A DNA stretch of 64,000 bases. It comes from Promethearchaeota archaeon Loki_b31. GTDB lineage: Archaea > Asgardarchaeota > Lokiarchaeia > Sigyniarchaeales > SOKP01. Below, one piece after another: positions 52,128 through 60,714 of this stretch. The position numbers were made by a program, and so were the translations under genes. The stretch spans positions 32,001 to 96,000 of the forward strand of contig NJBI01000003.1 in NCBI GenBank assembly GCA_005222975.1. The letters run 5' to 3'. The notes beneath the pieces were generated by a model. That model did not search any database, was not told the origin of the DNA, and saw only the letters and a list, made by a program, of their open reading frames with translations. The stretch's first letter is position 1. Each line of letters opens with the position of its first letter.

Positions 52128-53273
52128 ATGCTTTATAAGAAAGAAAGACCCGCAATTTTAATGCTTAAAGATGGTCGGTATTTTCAAGGAATTGGGTTTG
52201 GTGCGACAAAAACAATTTATGGCGAAATTGTATTTAATACTATAACGGGGGCAGGCTATAATGAGACTTTAACGGACCCCTCTTATAAAGGACAAATCGT
52301 TGTAATGACACACCCACTTGTTGGAAATTACGGAGTTCCAGCCTGGGAAAAAGACGAATGTGGCATTAACAAATATTTTGAATCAGATTCAATTAAAGTA
52401 AGTGGATTCGTTGTAAACGAGTGTTGTAAAAATCCGAGCCATTACGAAAGCGTAAAGACCTTAAACGAATTTCTTTTAGAGGAAGATGTTCCTGGAATAG
52501 AATGGATAGATACTAGAGCGATAACTAAAATCTTAAGAGAAGAAGGTGTTCAAGTTGGATTACTTGCGGTGTTTAATCCGGGTGAAAAACCCAAAATTGA
52601 TGAGTTAAAAATAAAAGCCAAAAATGTGGCCGATCCGAATCTTAGACATTTAGCAAGCGAAGTTTCGACTAAAGAAGTCAAGAAATTTACCCCTCCTAAT
52701 CCGAAAGGAAAAGTAATTGTAATTGATTTGGGAGTAAAACATAACATTCTTAGAAATTTAGTTAAAAGGAAAATAGAAGTAATTTTAGTTCCATATAACT
52801 ATTCTTACGATCAAATTATGAGCTATAAACCAAATGGCGTACTCATATCCAACGGGCCAGGAGATCCAGCCATGTGCAAGAAAGCAATTGAAGTCGCTCG
52901 TAATTTAATCAAAAATAATATTCCAACAATGGGCATATGCTTGGGGAATCAAATAATTGGTATAGCTGCCGGCGGATATTCTTATAAGTTAAAATACGGT
53001 CATAGAGGTGGAAACAAAACTGTTATTAATCCAATAACTAAGCAATGTTATATTACATCTCAAAATCATGGGTTTTGCGTAAAAGACTTTGAAAAGGGAG
53101 GTTTTAGCGAATTTCTTACTAACATAGATGATAAATCAAATGAGGGTATAATTCACGATAGTAAACCCATTTTTGCCGTTCAATTTCACCCTGAAGCCTG
53201 TCCAGGACCCTTAGATTCGTTGTATCTATTTGATAAATTTATCGAACAAATGGAGTTAAGATTATGCCATTAG
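52128..53273 (+). CDS. carA: Carbamoyl-phosphate synthase small subunit
   Basis: GEIVFNT, LTDPSY, SNGPGDP, GICLG, TSQNHGF, QFHPEA. Confidence 0.97.
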   Translation: MLYKKERPAILMLKDGRYFQGIGFGATKTIYGEIVFNTITGAGYNETLTDPSYKGQIVVMTHPLVGNYGVPAWEKDECGINKYFESDSIKVSGFVVNECCKNPSHYESVKTLNEFLLEEDVPGIEWIDTRAITKILREEGVQVGLLAVFNPGEKPKIDELKIKAKNVADPNLRHLASEVSTKEVKKFTPPNPKGKVIVIDLGVKHNILRNLVKRKIEVILVPYNYSYDQIMSYKPNGVLISNGPGDPAMCKKAIEVARNLIKNNIPTMGICLGNQIIGIAAGGYSYKLKYGHRGGNKTVINPITKQCYITSQNHGFCVKDFEKGGFSEFLTNIDDKSNEGIIHDSKPIFAVQFHPEACPGPLDSLYLFDKFIEQMELRLCH

Positions 53274-56200
53274 ATAAATCGATAAAAAAAGTTTTAATTT
53301 TAGGCTCTGGGGGCATCCGAATTGGGCAAGCTGGAGAATTTGATTACTCCGGAAGTCAGGTTTTAAAAGCATTAAAAGAAGAAGGTATAGAAACAATATT
53401 AATTAATCCGAATATTGCTACTATTCAAACTGACCCTACATTATCTGATAGAGTATATTTACTTCCCATTAACGTAAAATATGTTGAGGAAGTAATAAAA
53501 AAAGAGAAACCAGATGGTATTTTACTGGCATTTGGAGGTCAAACAGCTCTAAATGTCGGTGTGGAGTTAAAAGAACTTGGCATTTTGGAAAAATATAACA
53601 TAAGAGTCCTTGGAACTCCTATAGAGGCAATTGAGGTCACTGAAGATCGGGAATTATTCGTAAAGGCTATGAATGAAGCAGATGCAAAAGTGTGTCAAAG
53701 TAAAGCAGTAACATCATATAAAAAGGCGATTGAAGTAGCTCAAGAATTTGGTTTTCCTTTAATGCTCCGAGTAGCTTATACTTTAGGAGGTAGAGGTTCA
53801 GGTATCATTGATAATATGAAAGATTTCGAAAGAATGGCAAAAAAAGGGTTAGCCCAATCGAGGATTAATCAAATCTTAATCGAGGAATCCGTATGGGGTT
53901 GGAAAGAAGTTGAATACGAAGTGGTACGAGATTCTGCGGATAATTGCTTTATAAACTGTAACATGGAAAATTTCGATCCTGTGGGAATTCATACAGGAGA
54001 GAGTATAGTGGTAGCACCGAGTCAAACATTAACTAACGAAGAATACCACATGCTTCGGTCTGCTTCAATTCGAGTTATTAGGGGTCTTGGGATCATCGGC
54101 GAATGCAACATTCAATACGCATTAAATCCTTTTTCAAAAGAATTTCGAGTTATTGAAGTCAATGCTCGCCTTTCGAGATCTTCTGCGTTGGCCTCAAAAG
54201 CTACTGGGTACCCTTTAGCGTACATAGCTGCCAAATTAGCGATAGGATATACCTTACCAGAGCTTAAAAATAAAATAACGGGTATAACAACCGCTTGTTT
54301 TGAGCCCGCATTAGATTATTTAGTTCTAAAAATTCCACGATGGGATTTGACTAAATTTCAAAAAGTTGATAGACGCATTGGCTCTCAAATGAAAAGTGTA
54401 GGGGAGGTTATGGCAATAGGAAGAACATTTGAGGAAGTTCTTCAGAAAGCTATAAGGATGCTGGATATTGGAATGAAAGGATTAGTAGCAAATAATTTAG
54501 AACCAATTGAAGATGTCAATGAATTAAAATATACTTTAAGAAATCCTACGGATTTACGGCTATTTAGAATCGCTGAAGCAATTAAAATAGGAATTTCAAT
54601 CGATGAAATTTATCGTTTATCAAGAGTAGATAAATGGTTTTTGTATAAATTAAAAAATATAATAGATCTTAACCGTCAAATCCAGGATATTGAATTGCTC
54701 GAATCAGATGATAATGAGAAAAAATATTGGTTAGAGCGCGCTAAAAGATTCGGCTTTTCAGATGGTCAAATTGCTAAGATTATGGGCGTTGATACAATAT
54801 TCATCCGACAAATGAGAAGAAGACTAAATATTCATCCGTATGTTAAAAGAATTGATACCTTAGCCGCCGAATGGCCCGCAGTGACTAATTATCTATATTT
54901 AACATACAGCGCATCGGAGCACGATATTAATTTTGAAAAAGAACATAATTCTAATCTTAAAAAAGTTATTGTATTGGGCTCGGGGACATATCGTATTGGC
55001 GCTTCTGTAGAATTTGATTGGGGCTCGGTCAATTGCTTATGGGGATTAAAGAAGTTGGGAATCGACCAAGCAATAATGATTAATTATAACCCTGAAACAG
55101 TATCAACTGATTACGATATTTCAGATAAGCTTTATTTTGAGGAATTATCCGGAGAAAGAGTGTTAGATATCTGCGAACTCGAGAAAGCAGACGGTATCGT
55201 AGTATCCGCAGGGGGACAAATAGCTCAAAACTTAGCTTCAAAATTTTCTAAATATTCTGAAATCTTTCGTAAAACAGGTATAAATATCTTGGGAACTCAT
55301 GGAACCCGAATCGATATGGCGGAAAATAGGAGCAAATTCAGCACCTTATTAGATCAATTAAATATAAAGCAACCTGAATGGAATGCATTGACAACAAACG
55401 AAGGAGCCATCGCTTTTGCGCAGAAAGTGGGGTATCCGGTACTCGTTAGACCTTCATATGTATTAAGTGGTGCAGCTATGAGAGTTTCTTACGATGAAAA
55501 TACGCTAAAAGATACTCTTGATCTCGCCGTATCCGTATCAAGTGAATACCCCGTTGTCATAACTAAATTCTTTACAAATGCTAGGGAAATAGAGTGTGAT
55601 GGTGTATGCGATGGTGAAAATGTATTTATCGGTGCTATTGTAGAACACATCGAGAATGCAGGAATCCATAGTGGAGATGCTACCATGACAATCCCTCCTC
55701 AAACAGTTTCCAATGAGGTTATTTCAAAAATTGAAAATTATACGAATAAAATTGCCTTAGCATTAAAAATTCACGGTCCTTTTAATGTTCAATATCTCGT
55801 TAAAAATAGCGAAGTTTACGTAATTGAATGCAATTTAAGATCTAGTAGAAGTATGCCCTATGTTTCGAAATCTCGAGGCATAAATTTAATGAGACTTGCA
55901 GCTGAAGTTATAATGGGAGAAAAGATTCCAAAAAGATTAATGAAACTTCCTATTGGAGATTATGTATCAATAAAAGCTCCCATGTTTTCTTTCATGAGAC
56001 TTGATAAAGCAGATCCGATACTTGGAGTTGAAATGGCGAGTACGGGAGAGATCGGTGTAATTGCAGATGATTTTCCAGATGCCTTAATTAAAGCTCTTGA
56101 AGCAACGGAACAAATAATACCTATAGAAGGGGGAAACATTCTAATTTCAGTTGGTGGAAACAAACTCAAGAAAGAAATTATTCCCTTAGCCAAAAAAATA

Positions 56201-56575
56201 AAAGATTTAGGTTTTACGATTTTTGCTACAGAGGACACGAAAAAAGCTTTAAACAAAAATGATATTAAAGCTGTGAGACTTTATAAGGTCCATGAGCATG
56301 GATTGGAGCCTAATATCATGCAATGTCTGCAAGATGGGCGTATTGATATGGTCATAAACATTCCTTTACCAACTACAATCGAGGAGAAATTTAAAACCAT
56401 TATGGAAGACGAATATAAAATTAGACGCATGGCAGTAGACTACAATATTCCTGTAATAATTAATTTACAGCTAGCAAAAGCAGTTATCGACGCTATTAAA
56501 AACATGCGTGAAAAGAAAATTGAAATAAAGTCGCTTAACGAGTATCATCAAACGCTAAAAGAAGTGTATTGGTAA
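53264..56575 (+). CDS. carB: Carbamoyl-phosphate synthase large subunit
   Basis: IGQAGEFDYSG, duplicated ATP-grasp domains, VNARLSRSSALASKATG, C-terminal MGS domain. Confidence 0.98.
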   Translation: MPLDKSIKKVLILGSGGIRIGQAGEFDYSGSQVLKALKEEGIETILINPNIATIQTDPTLSDRVYLLPINVKYVEEVIKKEKPDGILLAFGGQTALNVGVELKELGILEKYNIRVLGTPIEAIEVTEDRELFVKAMNEADAKVCQSKAVTSYKKAIEVAQEFGFPLMLRVAYTLGGRGSGIIDNMKDFERMAKKGLAQSRINQILIEESVWGWKEVEYEVVRDSADNCFINCNMENFDPVGIHTGESIVVAPSQTLTNEEYHMLRSASIRVIRGLGIIGECNIQYALNPFSKEFRVIEVNARLSRSSALASKATGYPLAYIAAKLAIGYTLPELKNKITGITTACFEPALDYLVLKIPRWDLTKFQKVDRRIGSQMKSVGEVMAIGRTFEEVLQKAIRMLDIGMKGLVANNLEPIEDVNELKYTLRNPTDLRLFRIAEAIKIGISIDEIYRLSRVDKWFLYKLKNIIDLNRQIQDIELLESDDNEKKYWLERAKRFGFSDGQIAKIMGVDTIFIRQMRRRLNIHPYVKRIDTLAAEWPAVTNYLYLTYSASEHDINFEKEHNSNLKKVIVLGSGTYRIGASVEFDWGSVNCLWGLKKLGIDQAIMINYNPETVSTDYDISDKLYFEELSGERVLDICELEKADGIVVSAGGQIAQNLASKFSKYSEIFRKTGINILGTHGTRIDMAENRSKFSTLLDQLNIKQPEWNALTTNEGAIAFAQKVGYPVLVRPSYVLSGAAMRVSYDENTLKDTLDLAVSVSSEYPVVITKFFTNAREIECDGVCDGENVFIGAIVEHIENAGIHSGDATMTIPPQTVSNEVISKIENYTNKIALALKIHGPFNVQYLVKNSEVYVIECNLRSSRSMPYVSKSRGINLMRLAAEVIMGEKIPKRLMKLPIGDYVSIKAPMFSFMRLDKADPILGVEMASTGEIGVIADDFPDALIKALEATEQIIPIEGGNILISVGGNKLKKEIIPLAKKIKDLGFTIFATEDTKKALNKNDIKAVRLYKVHEHGLEPNIMQCLQDGRIDMVINIPLPTTIEEKFKTIMEDEYKIRRMAVDYNIPVIINLQLAKAVIDAIKNMREKKIEIKSLNEYHQTLKEVYW

Positions 56576-56602
56576 AATAAAAAAATCTAATTATTTGAAT
56601 CG

Positions 56603-57088
56603 TTAATTTAGCGATTTTATTCTAAAATCTGTTTTAAATTTTTTAATTAAAATTTTTAAAATTTCTTCTTTTGATTTCATTTTACCGTCATAAAAAATTT
56701 TGAACATTTTTTGTTGCGGATAGTATTCTATAGGATACTTAGAGCGATTGATATCGAAATAGAGCTCTAAATCTTCATAAATTCTTTTTATTATATATGT
56801 CCGATTTTCTATAGGTATTGGATTTAAAATTTCGAATTCTAAATCTTTTTTCTTTATAAGATTCTCTAAAAAATGTTTTTCTTTCCTACTTAACCTTATT
56901 GACCTAAATTTCCAAAAATGCCCTATAGTCCACCAGCTAAAAGTATAAAGCAAAATAATCCATAAAGAAGTAATATAAGCAGTTATTGGTGCACCCAAAT
57001 TGAATAAGATCCAGTTAAATACGCCAAGGAAGAATCCACTAAAAACATAAGCTTTTATCGTCCACCATTTTTTCGACCTTTCCATCAA
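56603..57088 (-). CDS. Hypothetical membrane protein (2 N-terminal TMs)
   Basis: Two hydrophobic segments then a basic soluble domain; no motif recognised. Confidence 0.6.
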   Translation of the reverse strand: MMERSKKWWTIKAYVFSGFFLGVFNWILFNLGAPITAYITSLWIILLYTFSWWTIGHFWKFRSIRLSRKEKHFLENLIKKKDLEFEILNPIPIENRTYIIKRIYEDLELYFDINRSKYPIEYYPQQKMFKIFYDGKMKSKEEILKILIKKFKTDFRIKSLN

Positions 57089-57401
57089 CGAGTTCCCTCT
57101 ATTTGTCGTTCTATATATTTCAAATTTAAGTTTAAATTTATTCCTTGCTTTTTAAATAATATTATATCGGTTTTCTAATATTTATTAGTAAACCAAACTA
57201 TTTATTTGTTTACCAAAAAAGAAACTTAAGGGTCTTTTTTTCATTTCGATTTTGGGTATTTGATAATTGGTGATAAAAGTATCTTATTTTATTGGATATG
57301 TTCTTTGAATAAGGCTTTGTCACGATCTTCATTCATTAAATTGTCAAATTGATAAGAAAAATAAAAATTTTTATTTTTTTTTTCTTAGCATTTTTTTAAA
57401 T

Positions 57402-57416
57402 CGAAATCTTTTTAAG
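57402..57416 (+). promoter_or_regulatory. Archaeal BRE-TATA promoter for the putative ncRNA
   Basis: CGAAA-TC-TTTTTAAG; no + strand CDS follows. Confidence 0.55.
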
Positions 57417-57434
57417 GTTATGGTTTATTCTATG

Positions 57435-57812
57435 TGTTAGTTATTCAAAGTCATTCAAGCTAACAAATAATTTTGGTACGCCCCAGGTGTGGCAGATACC
57501 TCTGAAAAACATTGGCAGGACGGCGACAGAATGGACACCCTCCCATATCTTAAAACACTAGGCCATCGCTTTAGCGAGGAGCTTATAAATAAAAATTAGG
57601 GCACGACCCAGAGAGGCCGTCTAGTGGCTTTATAACTGATTCCATTTATATAATGGAATTTTTCGAAACATTGGCGCATGAGGGTAAGGATAAGGTAAAT
57701 TTCAAACTAGGATTTACGGATGTAGCGGTAGCTATCAATTTTTTGAGGTTACAGCTCGTTTCAATCTAAGAAAAAAAGTTTAGTGATTAGAAGCGAACTT
57801 TAGTTCGCAAGG
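57435..57812 (+). ncRNA. Unidentified structured ncRNA (about 380 nt)
   Basis: GC-elevated ORF-free segment with about ten nested or serial stems. G-U pairs work on the + strand only. Promoter upstream, hairpin plus T17 downstream. Confidence 0.65.
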
Positions 57813-57830
57813 ATTTTTTTTTTTTTTTTT
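57793..57830 (+). terminator. Hairpin plus oligo-T terminator
   Basis: GCGAAC-TTTA-GTTCGC followed by 17 T (57814-57830). Confidence 0.65.
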
Positions 57831-58857
57831 ATTGTTTTGACTTATTTAATTTAATCAAAATAAACGGCACCAGATACGATAGAATGAACCCAATTATAGC
57901 ATATCTTATATATCTGTAGAAAACTGAATCAAATACGCCTCTAAAAGCTTCAAGAGCAAAGTAAACTACAAAAATAATAACTAAACCGATTATTAAATTT
58001 ATAATCTTCCATTTTAAAGTTAATTTACTCGGTTCGTAATTAATGTACTCATTCTCAAGTACATATCCGATTCCAAGTCCTAACATTACTCCACAAACCT
58101 GAGCAAATCTACCTGTATCGGTAAAAGCAGGAGGTGTTGGAAGAAGGTTCAGATAGGATGTGGGAAATAAAAGTATCCCCAATAAAAAGAGAAATAAAGA
58201 GGTTATAATAACTATTATCAATTTCACTGGTAGATTTAATTTATTGAATTGTTTCGATCCATAAGGCTCTAAATTAATAAATAACACTAAAATTCCTAAT
58301 CCTATTAAAAATCCACCAATAACATCTTCAAGGTCATGCACGCCTATAATCATTCTTGATATTGCAATTAGGAAAATGAGGATCCCCATAACTATAACGA
58401 AATAAAGCTTTTCTCGAAATTCATATGCGATATAGCCCCATGTTGCTACAGCAGATTGAGTATGTGCTGAAGGAAAACCGTAGGAAGTTTCTATTAATCC
58501 ATCAGGGTTTTCTGGTGTGATTTCTCCAGGATCAGTATTAGATAATGGTCGTGGATCCTGGAAAATATTCTTTAGGAATTCATTCAAATAGACAGTATAT
58601 AATAAGCTCAATGCTAGATTTTTCGCAAATCGCTTATCATAGACGATAAAGAAAATTGCCACCATTACTATGAATACAATTGGGTCTCCAAGAAAAGTAA
58701 TTACTTTGAAAATAGAACGTACCGTAGAGGATTCACTATAAAACGCTTCATTGAAACCCAAAGCAAGAAATATAATTCCTATAATTAACACTGCAATAAA
58801 GATTACTCCAATAGTTATTAATTGTCTCTTACTTAGAATTTTATTACTTTCAGACAT
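57829..58857 (-). CDS. PAP2-family membrane phosphatase
   Basis: KNIFQDPRP, GFPSAH, SRMIIGVHDLEDV. Confidence 0.92.
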   Translation of the reverse strand: MSESNKILSKRQLITIGVIFIAVLIIGIIFLALGFNEAFYSESSTVRSIFKVITFLGDPIVFIVMVAIFFIVYDKRFAKNLALSLLYTVYLNEFLKNIFQDPRPLSNTDPGEITPENPDGLIETSYGFPSAHTQSAVATWGYIAYEFREKLYFVIVMGILIFLIAISRMIIGVHDLEDVIGGFLIGLGILVLFINLEPYGSKQFNKLNLPVKLIIVIITSLFLFLLGILLFPTSYLNLLPTPPAFTDTGRFAQVCGVMLGLGIGYVLENEYINYEPSKLTLKWKIINLIIGLVIIFVVYFALEAFRGVFDSVFYRYIRYAIIGFILSYLVPFILIKLNKSKQ

Positions 58858-59154
58858 AATTAATACCTTAATTTACATTGGTAAAATTAAATTGTTATAA
58901 GGATTAATAAATGTTTTGCAAAATAGATGAATAAAACAGAAAAAAAAGCTAAAACAATTATTAATAGTTGGATTTTAATCGTTATTATATTTTGCCAACA
59001 TTGAATTTTGTGTCCAATTCAAAATTTCTGCTTAAAATAAAAAACATTTTTATCGTTAATAGAAAGTTTGAAAAAGATTGAAAAATTAATAAAATTTTGC
59101 GTAAGTTAACGGTTTAAATATGAAGTAAAACAAAAACTATCAGGTGTCAGGCTA

Positions 59155-59436
59155 ATTTACTATCGTGGATACATCTTAATTCGCTTGAAAATTATTGGAA
59201 CGCAGTGGAAGATCGTAGAAAAATTAAATAATTTACAACCCAGAAAAGGTGAAGATTGGAGGATTACTTACGCATCCCCTACTTATGGCGGTTGGGATTT
59301 AATTGTAGAATGTATTTTTAATAATTTAGAAGATTTGGATAAAATCGTGTCCTTCTGTCGAACTGATGAAGATTTAAAAGAGTGGATCGATGCTACAACA
59401 ACTCTGATCAGCACAAAAAGAAATTTTGAAGAATAG
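59155..59436 (+). CDS. Small Lrp/AsnC ligand-binding-like (ferredoxin-fold) protein; probable ATT start
   Basis: YYRGYILIRL first strand lies upstream of the ORF-track TTG; TYGGWDLIVE, LEDLDKIV, TTTLI. Confidence 0.7.
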   Translation: MYYRGYILIRLKIIGTQWKIVEKLNNLQPRKGEDWRITYASPTYGGWDLIVECIFNNLEDLDKIVSFCRTDEDLKEWIDATTTLISTKRNFEE

Positions 59437-59459
59437 AGGTTTGTTTCTTATTTTATAAC

Positions 59460-60470
59460 TCAAATCAAATTATTAATAATTATCTCGGAAATGTCTGACG
59501 AGTATTCACCTGTTCTCCTGATGCTTTCAATTATAAATCCGATTTCAACCAGATACTCTGAATTTGGATTAATTTTTATGGTATTACAGGCTTTTGTTAA
59601 GTTTTCAATGGATTCAATATTTTCATTTGCTAAATTTAAGTCATTTTGAAGCCATGCATCTAAACTCATATTTAATAAGTCCAAAGATATTTTACTTGCA
59701 TTCATAATGTTTTTGTATAATCCCTTATCGATTTTTTGGTAATCTATAAGTAAAACATTTCGCGCGATTTTTACGGCGTGGTCCGCAATTCGCTCTAGAA
59801 ATCGGCTTATGAATTTATAATTACTGGCATCTTCTAATGTAATATTTAATTTTTGGCACAATATAATATCTCGTAATACAATATGAGCCTGACGCTCGAC
59901 TAGCCAATTCAATCGATCAATTTCATCGTCACTTTCAATTACTTTTTCCGCTAGCCTTTTATCCCCAGTTTCCAAGGCTTTAAGTGCGTCCTCGTGCATA
60001 CCATTAGATAGGATATACATCCTCCTGATCGTTTTTTCAAATGGCATTTCTTTTGGGTCGAGTAAATCTTTTATTATAATATTATTATCTGTTTCCTCCA
60101 TTATTTCAGTCCCTATTGTAATTTTTCTGAAATTTCTTATAGTATCTCTTATTTGTGACTCAATCTTTTTACTAGATTTCACTTCTATAATGTTATACCC
60201 CATGATATAAGCCCCAACTAATAATCGAAACAAGAAATCAGAGTCTTTAATCTCGTCAACATCGAACTTCTTTTCTCTTACAAGTTTTTCTGAACTTATG
60301 TAAGGAGTAATAAGCAAATTACCATCTGGTTGTGAAAGGATTCCAATAGTATCTTTAGCCTGAATTCCGTGCTTATCAATCCATTCCCTTGGTAGACTAA
60401 CGATATAAGTAGACCCACCCGTTTTTTGTACTTTTCTTGTTTCAATATTGAACGACATAACTTTTTCCAC
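59460..60470 (-). CDS. phoU: Archaeal phosphate uptake regulator (AbrB-like N-terminus + PhoU repeats)
   Basis: RKVQKTGGSTYIVSLPREW, DDEIDRL, LERIADHA. Confidence 0.92.
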   Translation of the reverse strand: MEKVMSFNIETRKVQKTGGSTYIVSLPREWIDKHGIQAKDTIGILSQPDGNLLITPYISSEKLVREKKFDVDEIKDSDFLFRLLVGAYIMGYNIIEVKSSKKIESQIRDTIRNFRKITIGTEIMEETDNNIIIKDLLDPKEMPFEKTIRRMYILSNGMHEDALKALETGDKRLAEKVIESDDEIDRLNWLVERQAHIVLRDIILCQKLNITLEDASNYKFISRFLERIADHAVKIARNVLLIDYQKIDKGLYKNIMNASKISLDLLNMSLDAWLQNDLNLANENIESIENLTKACNTIKINPNSEYLVEIGFIIESIRRTGEYSSDISEIIINNLI

Positions 60471-60714
60471 TCAACATGTGTTTTATAAATATTATATTTA
60501 TATAGATAATAAATATTTTTTATATATTCTATATATTTTTTGGTAGCATAAAAAAAGATGGTTTTTACAACACTTTTCCTCAAGAATTTATAGATTTGTT
60601 TTAATTTACAATTTATATTTTATATTATAAATTCTATTAATGAATGATTAATTTTGATATTTAGAGTTAAAACATCGATTTTAGCTTTTTTAGATTAATA
60701 ATTTCTGACATGTT

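Noticed and set aside
57435-57812. Calling the structured segment a canonical RNase P RNA, SRP RNA, tRNA or riboswitch
   Set aside because: No CR-I/CR-V P4 pairing, no SRP helix-8 motif, no T-loop/cloverleaf, and no downstream + strand gene to regulate.
1101-60583. Many short ORF-track entries nested in or antisense to long genes (e.g. 1101-1307, 4676-5038, 11015-11287, 22747-23049, 55960-56256, 60296-60583)
   Set aside because: They overlap well-supported genes and show no motifs; shadow ORFs expected by chance.
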